Positions 50,311 through 64,000 of a DNA stretch of 64,000 nt are shown here, piece after piece. A program made the translations under genes and the position numbers. The number at the start of each line of letters is the position of its first letter. Position 1 is the stretch's first letter. The notes beneath the pieces were generated by a model. That model saw only the letters and a program-made list of their open reading frames with translations. It did no database searches and was not told the origin of the DNA. This DNA is from Octopus sinensis. Lineage: Eukaryota. Location of the stretch: the NCBI RefSeq assembly GCF_006345805.1, contig NC_042997.1, positions 191,394,001 to 191,458,000 of the forward strand. Reading direction: 5' to 3'.

Positions 50311-51440
50311 TTAAAAACATGTTATTTATCCTTAGAAAGGCTTAAATTCATGGAATTTTGTTTACCATTCCTTCCTCATCACCAAGCATAGTGATTCTTC
50401 TGTAGGCAGTATATGAGTTAGCAGTGTAAAATCAACACCCGGTCCCCTTGGAGATTTCTCAAACCTACTTTTCCTTATCGGACCTCAGTGCCCTTGACTA
50501 CTTCACATCATAGCCCTTGAAGCAAATCACCAGAGGCCCTACACAATCTTGCCCTGCAGCTGTACTCCATCAATGTAAGGGTCTCTCTGAAATGGAAACG
50601 TTTCCTGACCCATTTTTGAAAACCAATACACTCCCTAGCCATTGACATCAGGATGTCCCTGTAAGTGTTTTTATATTTTTACAATTGCTTAGTGTGTGTG
50701 TGTGTGTGCCCTCATGCTATGTTTAAATGAACATCTATGTATGTTAGTAAAGGCAGCGAGCTGGCAGAATCGTTAGCACGCCGGGCAAAATGTGTGACGG
50801 AATTTCGTCTGTCTTTACGTTCTGAGTTCAAATTCCACCAAGGTCGACTTTGCCTTTCATCCCTTCGGGGTCGATTAAATAAGTACCAGTTATGCACTGG
50901 GGTCGATGTAACCTACTTAATCCGTTTGTCTGTCCTTGTTTGTCCTCTCTGTGTTTAGCCCCTTGTGGGTAATAAAGAAATAGGTATGTATGTTAGTGTA
51001 TACATGTGTATGTCTATATACACAAGAAAACCATTTATTCCTTTGTTATTTTGTTTTATTACTATATACACACATACACACGTATATTTTATTTGTCTCA
51101 CATCTTAAGGCTTAACATGTTTCAATTTCAAACTCTTTGATTTTATATTTTTAATTTCCTATATTATTTTAAGATTTTATCTTCATTTTATCTTTTAATC
51201 TTCTACATTTAAGTGTAAATTAAACTTTTATAAAATTTCTTTTCAATCCTTAAATCTGTAAAAAAAATTTTTAATTTTATTTTAATTTTTATTTTTTACT
51301 TATTTTTATTCTTGGAATTAAAAAAAAAATTTCATTATCTTGTGAGTGGATTTGGTAGACTGAAGAAACTGAAGGAAGCCTGTCATATATATATATATAC
51401 ACATATATATATATACATATATATATACATATATATGTAC

Positions 51441-51477
<37 letters not shown>

Positions 51478-52485
51478 CATATATATGTGTGTGTTTATAT
51501 GTATATGCTTGTGTGTCTGTGTTTGTCTCCCCAACATCGCTTGACAACCGATGCTGGTGTGTTTACATCCCTGTAACTTAATGGTTCAGCAAGAGAGACC
51601 GATAGAATAAGTACTAGGCTTACAAAGAATAAGTCCTGGGGTCGATTTGCTCGACTATAGGTGGTGCTCCAGTATGGCTGCAGTCAAATGACTGAAACAA
51701 ATAAAAGAATAAAACAAAAAAAAAATGTTACCTTTAATTTTTAATATCAGTTTTATATTTTAAAATCCAATCTTTTGATTTTTATTTTTTTAAGTTCTCA
51801 ACTATACCAGTTGGAGATGTATTCCCAATCAGGTGTCCAATGCTATTCATATTTTGTTGCTCATTAAAAAAAAAACTGCTCTGGTATACTTTCTGGTGTT
51901 TACTTTCTCTTTATCAAACATTCATGTCACTATTCAGTTTCTAAGTATGGAATTCAATTACTTCTCTCCACTAGTGTAGCTAGAGTGTGTGCCGCCCAGA
52001 GTGACCCTTTCGTTTGCTGCCCTCGGACCCCACAAAAATCGCATATTGTCTACAGCAATAGCCTACAACAGGATGAAAATTGCTGTCCAGGGCAGACCCT
52101 CCTTCCCCAATCCCAGTTACACTAGCGCTTCTCTCTCTCCCTTCCGCTTTCTTTCTCTCCCCCTCCCCTCTCCACCTCTCTTTCCTATTTTTTATATTTT
52201 GATCTTTGTCTGATACATCCTTCCTTTCCATAATTTTTTTATATGTTTTTCCTGCAATGATGCATTGGAATGAGCCATCACAATTCAAGTCAGTTCTTAT
52301 TCAGTGTTTCTCCCCTCCTACATGAGTCAGAGGACTAAATCTCACTCGTCTCAGATCTTAGCATGGTTTCTGTGGCTCTGGGCCCTCCTAACACTATTCA
52401 TCATACAGAGTTTGCTGGGGGCATTTTATCATTACACCAGCAACAAAAATGTTGTCTTGCTCTTAACGAGACTTGAAGGTGAAGG

Positions 52486-52803
52486 TGCGTGGCTTAGTGG
52501 TTAGGGCATTTGGCTCATGATTGTAAGATCGTGAGTTCAATTCTTGGCAATGCATTGTGTCCTTGAGCAAGACACTTTATTTCACGTTGCTCCAGTCCAC
52601 TCAGCTGGCAAAAATGAGTAGTACCTGTATTTCAAAGGGCCAGCCTTGTCACACTCTGTGTCACGCTGAATCTCCCTGAGAACTAGGTTAGGGGTACACG
52701 TGTCTGTGGAATGCTCAGCCACTTGCACGTTAATTTCACGAGCAAGCTGTTCCGTTGATCATATCAGCTGGGACCCTCATCATCATAACCAACAGAGTGC
52801 TCC
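52486..52803 (+). mobile_element. tRNA-type SINE family D (CORE-like); copies near 11470, 17420 and 36940
   Basis: gtggcttagtggttagg head; tgtgtccttgagcaagacacttta core. Confidence 0.7.
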
Positions 52804-53529
52804 TTGAGACTTGAAGAGTCTTCTCGACCTTGCTTTCTCGCTGCTCTCTTTACCAACCACTTTACAGTGTGTACTGAGTTCATTTTATATTGGTACCAGC
52901 ACCAGAGAGGTAACCTTGTAACTGAGCCTCCATACTTGGAAAAGTGAATAAGAGATGATAACAGAACTCAACTTAGAGTGAGATAGTGTAACGAACAATA
53001 GTATGATAGAAAGAACATTGCAGTTGCTGTGAAACAGTAGTGGAAGAGAGAGTATCAGAGGATAGAGGGCTGGGGGAAGTAATGGAAGAGAGATAGTAAT
53101 GTCAAGGGTTTGTCAGTGAGAGGCAGTGATGACAACTATCTACAAATGTATTAAATATTTTCATATGCACACGCACGCACACACACACACACACACGCAC
53201 ACACTCAAGTGTGTTAGGTCAGACAGTTTGACAGGGTCCAGCTGTCTGTGTCAAACTTCACTGTCATTCAATATATATCATCATCATCGTTTAATGTCTG
53301 CTTTCCATGCTGGCATGGGTTGGACGATTTGACTGAAGACTGACGAACCAGATGGCTGCACAGGAGCCATCTGCACAGGAACCACCTACACATGAGCCAG
53401 TCCAGCGGCACTGGCAATGACCTCGCTCGAATGGTTTTCACGTGCCAGTTAGGCGATGCTGGTAACGATCATGTTTGAATGGTGCTTTTTATGTGCCACC
53501 GGCATGGAAGCCAGTCAGCTGCTCTGGCA

Positions 53530-53560
<31 letters not shown>

Positions 53561-56500
53561 TATATGACCCACCAAGCCGAGCAAAATCACAGTTGTTACA
53601 GATACCGGTGGCATGTAAAAGTACCCATTACACTCTCAGAGTGGTTGGCATCAGGAAGGGCATCAAGCTGTAGAAAACCATGCCAAATCAGACTGGAGCC
53701 TGGTGCAGCCTTTCAGCATGCCAGCCCAGTCAAGCCGTCCAACCCATGCCAGCATGGACAATGGACGTTAAATGATGATGATATTCCCATAGTCAGACAT
53801 ATTTTTCATGGAAGACTGGAAATGAATTACCTCACTTGTATGACAATGATTCTTGTTTACAACCATTACATAATGTCTAGACAAGGGCAGACATGCGCGC
53901 GCGCACACACACACACACGATGGGCTTCATTTAGTTTCTATTTAATGAATCGTTTCTCAAGGCCTTTGTTGGCTCAGGGCTATAGCAGGAGAGGCTTACA
54001 TAAGGTGGTATCTATTTCTTTACTACCCACAAGGGGCTAAACACAGAGGGGACAAACAAGGACAAACGGATTAAGTCGATTATATCGATCCCAGTGTGTA
54101 ACTGGTTCTTATTTAATCGACCCCAAAAGGATGAAAGGCAAAGTTGACCTCGGTGGAATTTGAACTCAGAACGTAGCGGTAGACAAAATACCGGTAAGCA
54201 TTTCACCCAGCGTGCTAATGTTTCTGCCAGCTCACCACCTCATTTAGTTTCTATTTAATGAATCATTTCTCAAGGCCTTTGTTGGCCCAGGGCTATAGCA
54301 GGCGGTATGCAGTGCAACTGAACCCAAGATCACATGGTTTTGGAAAAGTACTTTGCAAAATGGGTATAGGAAATAGGAAATGCCTCATCAAGGATTAGAC
54401 AGAATCATGTGAGTGAAATATCAAAGCTAAGAACAAGGAACAAATCTTCAATAGCACAAACTAGTAGCTGCATGGTTCAATTGGTTATATCTGCAGTGGG
54501 TTTGATTGGTGATTGAGTAGAGAGGAAAACGGAAATAAAAGTATGATGCATTTTGGGGTTGAAAGAACTCAAGGGTTCCTTTGTAACATAAATTCTACTC
54601 ACCATCAATGCAGGGGGTTTGGGGTAGGATAATAAAGGTTTTAAATTTTGGCTCAAGGCCAGCAATTTCAAGGGAGAAGACCCTAGTGCATAACTGGTAC
54701 TTATTTTATTGACCCTGGAAAGATGAAAAGCAAAGTTGACTGCAGCAGAGGGTAATAGTATTGTCAGAAAATTCTGTAAATATTGTGATCTCCCACTGAC
54801 AGCTGAGTGATCTACAATTCAATCATCATCATCGTTTAACATCCGCTTTCTGTGCTAGCATGGGTTGGACGGTTCGACTGGGGTCTGGGTAGCCAGGAGG
54901 CTGCACCAGGCTCCAGTCTGATCTTGCAGTGTTTCTACAGCTGGATGCCCTTCCTAACGCCAACCACTCTGTGTATATGAAATATACAAATGTTTGTGTG
55001 TGTGTGTATATACATACATATATGTGTGTTGACGTGTGTATGTACATTTGTGTATTTGTGTCTCGTCTTCACATCACATCATGGTTGTAAACGAGTATCT
55101 CTGATATGAGTGTTGTTCATCTCCAATCTTTTGAGGAAACATGTCCAGCCATGGGGAAATATTACCTTACTTGGAGATAGACAAGGGTTGGCAACAGAAG
55201 CGCATCCAAACAAGGTAATATTTTCTCACGGTCAGACATAATTTTTTGACAAGTTGTATGATAGTGGTGCTCATTTACAACTGTCATGCAGTATCTGTTT
55301 GGATTCTGGGGCAAATATCTTCTGCTATAATCTAAAGCCAACCAAAGCTTTGTCAGTGGATTTGGTAGACTGAAAGAAGCTTGTCGTATGTGTGCTCTCT
55401 CTCACACACACACACATGAAGGGGTGCTTAAAAGTTCCTGGCTTTACCTCTTTCGTTTCTGTATTTATTTTGAGAATCTCTGTCTTTCGTTCAATTATTT
55501 TAAATATAACTGGACTGGCTCCTGTGCAGGTGGCACATAGAAAGCACAATTTGAGCATGGCCATTGCCAGTACTGCCTGTCTGGCGCTCGTGCCAGTGGC
55601 ACATAAAAGTACCCACTACACTCTTGGAGTGGTTGGTGTTAGGAAGGGCATCAAGCTGTAGAAACTCTGCCAGATCAGATTGGAGTCTGGTGCAGCCATC
55701 TGGTTCGCCAGTCCTCAGTCAAATCGTCCAACCCATGCTAGCATGGAAAGCGGACATAAAAACTATACCAAAACAGGCCTCACTGGTACTTATGCCATGT
55801 AAAAAGCCCTCAGTCCATTCTGTAAGGTAGTTGGTGTTAGGAAGGGCATCCAGCTGTAAAAGAACCCTGCCAAAACACACAGTGAAGCCTGGTGCAGTAT
55901 TCTACCTAGCCAACCTTTGGGAAACCATCCAACCCATGCCAGCATGGCGAATGGATGTTAAATGATGATGATGTTAACTGCTGTGAATTTGCTTTTAACA
56001 GTTGAAATATATTACAAACATATCTTAACTAACCTAAAGTTTGTTTGTGCCTGAACACTGCTTGGCACTGATACTGCTGATGTGTGTGTGTGTGTGTGTA
56101 GTGTTTTTACTCTTTTTACTATAGAAGAGAATTTTGTCTCCGTAATAACTGCAGTGAATTTAGCGGTTGGAATATGCCACAAATATATTTTAACTAACCT
56201 AAAATGTGCCTAAACACTGCTTGGCACTGATACTGCTGAATATCATCATCATTATCGTTTAATGTCCACCTTCCATGCTATAAAAGAAGTTGAAGGTTGG
56301 ACCTCCAAGGCCTTTCACAATACCCTTAACCCTTTGTTACTAACCCACCTGAACCCGGCTCTGGCTCTGAGTACAAATGTCTTTTCATAAGTTTTGAATT
56401 GAAATCTTCCACCAAACCTTAGTCACAATTTATGTTTCTAACACTAGCTAAATGATAACTAAATTATTTTACTAAATTCTTTGTTATCATCATCATCATC

Positions 56501-58079
56501 ATCATCGTTTAACGTCCGATTTCCATGCTAGCATGGGTTGGATGATTTGACTGAGGTCTGGTGAACCAGATGGCTGCACCTGGCTCCAATCTGATCTGGC
56601 AGAGTTTCTACAGCTGGATGCCCTTCCTAATGCCAACCACTCCGAGAATGGAGTGGGTGCTTTTATGTGCCACTGACACAAGGGCTAGTCAGGTGGTACT
56701 GGCAATGACCACGCTCAAATGGTGCTTTTTATGTGCCACCTGCACAGGAGCCAGTCCAGCAGCACTGGCAACGACCTCGCTCAAATGTTTTCTTTCACAT
56801 GTCACCAGCACAAGTGCTAGTAAGGCGACGCAGGTAACGATCACGCTCGAATGGTGTTTTTAACATGCCATTGGCACGGAGGCCAGCTTGTTGCTCTGGC
56901 AACGATCTCACTCGTATGGTATATATATATTTTTTGTGGCATATAAGATGTATTTCTTTCCCCCAAAATATGTCTCAAACCATCACCATGAGGCCTGTAT
57001 GCAAAGTTGGGCTTCCATAAGCTTTAATGCACTGAAAACACATTTTCCAGAATATGTGCTGCTGAAATTGGGGTGTGTCTAAAATGTCTATGCATCTTTT
57101 ATACCATCAAATATATTCACATTTTCCAAGAATTTGTTGCAGAAGGAAAAAGCTTATAAAAATTATTGTTCATTCAGTATTCACAGCTAAACAATTAGTA
57201 TATTGTCCCCTTCTCCGTTTAACTAAATTTGTTTAAAATGTCGTTATTAGTACTCCACTATCATTTAAATTACTATTAGTGGAGAATAATAGATGTGTTG
57301 TTAGCAGTGGATAAATCATTTCCTCAATTGTTTGTTTATGACACAATTTTTTGTTTATTAATGATTCACATCATACTTTTCAATGAGTAGGGTGAGTCCT
57401 TCAGGAAATCATTAAATATTAAAGATCCTGGAAGTTCGCTGACATACAAAATTGGGATGTTTGTGCAGTTGGTTGTGTGATTTTGGAGAAGAAATTAGAC
57501 ACTGTAAGTACAGAATTTTTTACTTTTATTTATATACTTATTTTTGTCAAATTGACAAAATCACTAAACATAAAAAAGTAATATTATTATTATTATTATT
57601 ATCATCATCATCATACTCTGCATCCTTCAAAATTTCCATGCTACTTGAAATTCGCCAGCAATACACCTGATGGTCTCATCCACTTTTTTTAGCAACTTAT
57701 TCTATTCTATGTACTGTTTATCCACTTTTGGCTACTATTTCTGAAGAGTTATAGTACACCTGAACACTGTATACAATATTCTGTTGTGTCTGGGGAGAGT
57801 CATCTTCTTTTTGTGCCTTATAATTTAACACACTCACCATTAAAATTTCCACTTATTTCTTATTTTTATTTTCCTGCAAGATGCGACAAAAATTTTAGGA
57901 AAATAAAAATAAGAAATAAGTGGAAATTTTAATGGTGAGTGTGTTAAATTATAAGGCACAAAAAGAAAATGACTCTCCCCAGACACAATAGAATATGCTT
58001 CAACACACGAACTCATATAAAGAATCTTGCAAACTAAATCCAAAAACAAAATACTGTATACAATAATTTTATTATGATT

Positions 58080-58315
58080 ATTGAGCTGGCAGAATCGTTA
58101 GCATACCAGACATAACGCTTAGTATTTCATCTGTCTTTACATTGTGAGTTCAAATTCCACCAGGGTCGACTTTGCTTTCCATCTTTTCAGGGTCAATAAA
58201 ATAAGTACCAGTGAAACACTGGTACCCTCCCCCAAAATTTCAATCCTTCTGCCTTTAATAGAAAGGATTATTATTATTATTATTATTGTTATTATTATTA
58301 TTGTTATTGTTATTG

Positions 58316-58353
<38 letters not shown>

Positions 58354-60710
58354 ATTATTATTAAGCTGGCAGCATTGTTACCATACCAGGCAAAATACTT
58401 AGTGACATTCTATCCATTTTTAGTGAGTTCAAATTTCACCAGAGTCAGCTTTGCCGTTCGTCCTTTTGGGGTTGATAAATTAAGTACCAGTGGAGTACTG
58501 AGGTTGATGTAATCATTTTAACTCCTTCCCCAAAAAATTTTAGACCTTGTGCATTTAGTAGAAAGGATTATTATTGTTATTATTATTATTATTAAAGCGG
58601 TGAGTGGGCAAGATGCTTCATGGCATTCTGTCTGTCTTTACATTCTGAGTTCAAATTCTGCTGGGGTCGACTTTGCTTTTCTTCCTTTCAGGGTCAATAA
58701 AATAAGTACTAGTCAAATACTGGGGTTGATGTGATTGACTATATCCCTTCTCACAAACTCCAGGCCTTGTGCCTGTAGCAGAAAAGGTTATCATCATCAT
58801 TATTATTATTATTATTATTATTGTTGTTGTTGTTATTTAGGTGATAAGCTAGCAGAGTTGTTACCATGCTGGATAAAATGCTTAGCAGCATTTTCTCTGT
58901 CTTTTTGTTCTGGGTTCAAATTCTGCCTAAGGTCGACTTTGCCTTTCATCCTTTTGAGATCAATAAAATAAGTACCAGTTGAATCCTGGGGTTGATCTAA
59001 TCGACTTACTCCCTCCCCCAAAATTGTTGGCCTTGTGACAAAACTTGAAACCAATATTTAAGGCAGTGAGCTGGCAGAATCGTTAGCATCCTGGGCAAAA
59101 TTCTTAACAGCATTTCTTCCAGCTATTTACATTCTGAGTTCAAATTCTGCTGAGGTTGACTTTGCCTTTCATTCTTTTGGGGTTGATAAATTAAGTACCA
59201 GGAGATCTCCCTGTGACCAATATTAAGGGTATGTATGTTTGTGGAGTGCTCAGCCACTTTTATTCTTTTACTTGTTTCAGTCATTTGACTGTGGCCATGC
59301 TGGAGCACTGCCTTTAGTCGAATCAAATTGACCCTAGGACTTATTCTTTGTAAGCCTAGTACTTATTCTGTTGGTTTCTTTTGCCAAACCGCTAAGTTTA
59401 CGAGGACATAAACACACCAGCATTGGTTGTCAAGCGATGGTGGGGGGACAAATACAGACACACAAACACACACACACATATACATATATGCTTCTCTATA
59501 ACATTGTTCTTTCATAAACATACATTGAGGTATTAACCCTCTTACAATTTTTCAATATAAAAACATACATTGATGTATTAAACCTCTTACAATTTTTCAA
59601 CGCATACCATTTATTTGGGTTAAAAAGTCCATTACAGATTAAAACATATACTTGAGGCAATAAACCTCTTATAAGCAAGCCACTTACCATACAGTCACTC
59701 CTGCACCACTCCTGCTCATTAATTTTACAAACTGGCTGTTCTGTTGAATGGATCAACTGGAACTCTTATTGTCATAGCTGATGGAGTGCCAGTTATTCTT
59801 TCTACTAAAGTGCAGTGAATTTGCCAGAATTATTGGTGCAGTGAACAAAGTTGCCTGAAGAATTTCTTCTGCATTTTTAACAGATGGAATTCAAATCTTG
59901 CCTATGTCAACTTGGCTTTCCAACATTCATTAAATAAAGTACCAGTTAATGTCTGGGGTTGATTTAATCAATTGTTCCTTTCCCCAGTATTTCTGATCAT
60001 GTGTAAGAACTTCGTAGTTGTTGTTATTGTTGTTGTTGTTAAGCAACAAGACGGGTAAGGGTGATTAGGTGATGGTCTAGGGCTTAGGGGCAGGAGACCC
60101 CAGACCTTGAAAAAAAAAATACTTTGGTTGTCTTGTTGTAGTTGAGGGCTCTTGGTTGACGCCCGACACCACTGGGAGGTGGCCCTCGAAGTCGCTGGAA
60201 ATGGAGATATCCAGGTCCAAATTCTTGAACAGCTATCATTGTCGGTGGCAGCAGGCAGGCAGGCCATATTGTTAGCACACTGGGCAAAATGCTTAGCAGC
60301 ATTTCGTCTGTCTTTCTGAGTTCAAATTCCACCGAGGTCAACTTTGCCTTTCATCCTCTCAGGGTCGATAAATTAGGTACTAGTTGAGTACTGGGGCCAA
60401 TGTAATCGACTTAACCCCACCCCTAAAATTTCAGGCCTTGTGCCTATAGTAGAAAGGATTATTATTATTATTATTTTTATTCAGGTGGTAAGCTGGCAGA
60501 ATTGTTGGTGTGCTGGGCAAAAATGCTTAGTGGCATTTCACCTGTACTTACATTCTGAGTTCAAATCCCACTGAGGTCAACTTTGCTTTTCATCCTTTCA
60601 GAGTTGATAAATTAAGTACCAATTGAGTACTGGGGTCAGTATAATTGTCTTAACTCCTCCCCAAAACTTTTAGGCCTTGTGCCTATAGTAGAAAGGATTA
60701 TTATTATTAT
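58080..60710 (+). repeat. Cluster of about 7-8 co-oriented SINE B-variant copies, most separated by (ATT)n
   Basis: gagttcaaatt...taagtaccag units at ~58083, 58365, 58600, 58840, 59061, 60270 and 60484. Confidence 0.8.
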
Positions 60711-60711
60711 A

Positions 60712-61768
60712 CTCGACAGAGCGTTAGCACCTTGAGAGAAATGTTGTACCTAAGAAGCATCAGTTGTGGTGTGCAAGAGAGACGATTGCGCTGGTATGGT
60801 CATGTGGTGAGAATGGATGAAGATAGGTGTGTGAGAAAGTGCCAATCCCTAGCAGTTGAGGGAACCCGTGGAAGAGGTAGACCCAGGAAAACCTGGGACG
60901 AGGTGGTGAAGCACGACCTTCGAACTTTAGGCCTCACTGAGGAAATGACCAGCGACCGAGACCTTTGGAAATATTCTGTACGTGAGAAGACCAGGCAGGA
61001 CAAGTGAGCCCAGCCCACTTATGAATGCCTTTCCTCCCTTGGACACAAAGACCTGTTGAGGCAAGCGAAGTCGATATAGAACCTCATCCGACGACAGACA
61101 CCCATGCCAACCGAATTGAACCAGCCAGGATCCCTGGCCTGGTGGTACGTAAAAAGCACTATCCGACTCGTGGCCGTGACACGTAAAATACTCCAATGCG
61201 ACCGTACGACAGGCACCCATGCCAACCCCCTTGCTTGTGAAGACATGTTGGGGCAAGCGAAATCGAATTGAACCAGCCAGGATCCCTGGTCTGGTGGTAC
61301 GTAAAAAGCACTATCCGACTCGTGGCCGTGGCACGTAAAATACTCCAATGCGACCGTACGACAGGCACCCATGCCAACCCCCTTTGCTTGTGAAGACATG
61401 TTGGGGCAAGCGAAATCGAATTGAACCAGCCAGGATCCCTGGTCTGGTGGTACGTAAAAAGCACTATCCGACTCGTGGCCGATGCCAGCACCGCCTCGAC
61501 TGGCTTCCGTGCCGGTGGCACATAAAATACACCAATCTGACCGTGGCCGTTGCCAGCCCCGCCTGGCACCTGTGCAGGTGGCACGTAAAAAGCACCCACT
61601 ACACTCACGGAGTGGTTGGCGTTAGGAAGGGCATCCAGCTGTAGAAACATTGCCAGATTAGACTGGAGCCTGGTGCAGCCTTCTGGCTTCCCAGAACCCC
61701 GGTCGAACCGTCCAACCCATGCTAGCATGGAGAACGGACGTTAAACGATGATGATGATGATGATGATA
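60712..61768 (+). mobile_element. 5'-truncated RTE-clade LINE (ORF end plus 3' UTR with (GAT)n tail)
   Basis: ORF 60732..61007 RLRWYGHVVRM..GRGRPRKTW; the UTR matches the most abundant repeat in the window. Confidence 0.88.
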
Positions 61769-63748
61769 ATGGACCAATTCTGAGGTTTCGCCTGTAATTG
61801 AAAAAGGTATTATAAAAGGAGAAAGGGGCTCTCTACCCCCCTTTTGACCAAGCTCCCGTTGGCTTTTATGGGTTTTTCCACCAGGAACCTTTCGTAACGC
61901 CTCCCTCTATTGGGAGTTTTTCGTTATTATATTATTTGATTGTTACACTGTTTTTACACGATTTTTTCACAAATGGACAAAACCCTTTGTAACCTTTTGT
62001 CCTGTTTTGTCCCTTTATGTTTTCCAATCATGTTTGTCAGCCCTTGTAGCCAATAAAAAGAATTAATTATTATTATTATTATTAGGGTGCTTTGCCATGT
62101 CTTGGGGATGACAGAGTAATCCAGGATTTTTTGCATGGGATTTACCTCGAATTATCCTAAGTGGACTCCTTCCACTATTAGGGATTCTAATTATCTTTTT
62201 ATGAATTTATTTATTTCCCTAATTTCTATTTATATATCCTTTGTTATATCTTTTAATGTTGTAATATCTCTCTTTGATTGATATAAAAACCCCACATTTT
62301 TTTTTTGTGTCTGTTGTAATTTGTCCTTTGATATTGTCGTCCATGTCTTGGGCCCTTGTGGCCAATAAAAGAAATCATTGTTATTATTATTATTAGTAGT
62401 AGTAGTAGTAGTAGTATAGTACAAGATGCTTAGTGGCATTTTGTCTGCTATGATGTTCTGAGTTCAAATTCCACCGAGGTCGATTTTGCCTTTCATCCTT
62501 TCGGGGTCGATAAATTAAGTGTCAGTGAAATACTGGGGTCAATGTAATTGACTAGACCCTTCCTCACAAATTTCAGGTCTTGTATACCTTTAGTAGAGAG
62601 GATTGTTTTGGAGCCTGGTGCAGCCATCTGGTTCGCCAGACCTCAGTCAAATCATCCAACCCATGCTAGCATGGAAAGCGGATGTTAAACGATGATGATA
62701 ATGATGATTGAGGTAGTGAGCTGGCACAATCATTAGCACACTGGGTGAAATGCTTAGCAGTATTTTCTGTCTTCACGTTCTGAGTTCAAATTTCGCCAAT
62801 TTCTTAATGGGGCCTGGTTTCTGTCTTTTGTTGTATTAGTGATTGCATTGTGTGCTGTGTGCAGCACTGGATTAACCATTAAGCAAAATAAGCATGTGCT
62901 TAGGGCATCAAGGGAAAGAAGGGAAACCACAGAAATGGTAAATGGTTTATGGTACAAAAGAAATCACTTTCAACTTGCTAAGCAGAGTCGATAAATTAAG
63001 TACTAGTTGCATATTGGGGTCAGTCTAATCAACTGGCACCCCCAAAAAATTTGGGGCCTTGTGCCTAGAGTAGAAAATTATTGATGGTGTCTTGCATAGG
63101 AAGTCAGCTGTTCTTGGCAGGTTTTATTATTATTATGCTTTTCTTTAATTTTGCCAGCTCTGTCTGGCCCCTGTGTTGGTGGCACGTAAAAGCACCATCC
63201 GTTCGTGTCCGTTGCCAGCCTCGCCTGGCCCCCGTGCCGGTGACACATAAAAGCACCATCCGTTCATGTCCATTTGCCAGCTCTGTCTGGCACCTGTGCG
63301 GGTGGGAAGTAAAAAGCACCCACTACACTCATGGAGTGGTTGGCGTTAGGAAGGGTATCCAGCCGTAGAAACACTGCCAGATCTGGCTGGGCCTGATGAA
63401 GCCTTCCAGCTTCACAGACCCCAGTTGAACCGTCCAATGAACGCTAAATGATGATGATGATGATGATGATATAAGCTGCCTCCCAAGTCTCAAGCAGAAA
63501 CCTGAAGGAACAAGTTTTTGCATCTAAAAAGGCAAACAGGTTTGGTGCCATGCAACTGAAAAAAAATTAATGATAGATGCAGGAATAGCTGTGTGGTAAG
63601 TAGCTTGCTTACCAACCACATGGTCCTGAGTTCAGACCCTCTGCATGGCACCTTGGACAAGTGTCTTCTACTGTAACCTCGGGCCGACCAAAGCCTTGTG
63701 AGTGGATTTGGTAGATGGAAACTGATGGAAACTGAAAGAAGCCCATCG

Positions 63749-63781
<33 letters not shown>

Positions 63782-64000
63782 GTTTGTGCATGTGTCTGTG
63801 TGTCTCCCCCTATATCGCTTGACAACTGATGGTGGTGTGTTTATGTCCCTGTAACTTAGCAGTTTGGCATAAGCGACCAATAGAATAAGTACTAGGTTTA
63901 CAAAGAATAAGTCCTGGGGTCGATTTGTTTGTCTAAAGGCAGCACTCCAGCATGGCCACAGCCAAATGACGGAAACAAGTAAAAGAGTTAATAAAATAAA

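Noticed and set aside
57380-57510. Exon-like segment with splice-like signals on both strands
   Set aside because: Stop codons in the frames checked and no partner exons.

Overview
AT-rich, repeat-dense animal genomic DNA, probably an octopus or other cephalopod (inferred from the SINE/RTE landscape). The one convincing host gene is a CEP95 (centrosomal protein 95 kDa) orthologue on the + strand. I reconstructed 17 coding exons by hand from 6307 to the stop at 41585 (2168 nt, about 721 aa) with consistent phases; the first ATG exon was not found. The gene has an AT-AC minor-spliceosome (U12) intron at 35686-36492, and a four-copy ~160-bp tandem repeat that duplicates the last splice acceptor. 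The rest is transposon-derived: tRNA-type SINE families, many RTE-LINE 3' ends with (GAT)n tails, Helitrons, DD37D Tc1/mariner, Tigger, hAT, CR1 and Penelope remnants, and several MITE/fold-back elements. Nearly all other ORF-track entries are repeat or microsatellite artefacts. All homology calls are from recalled motifs, not from database searches.
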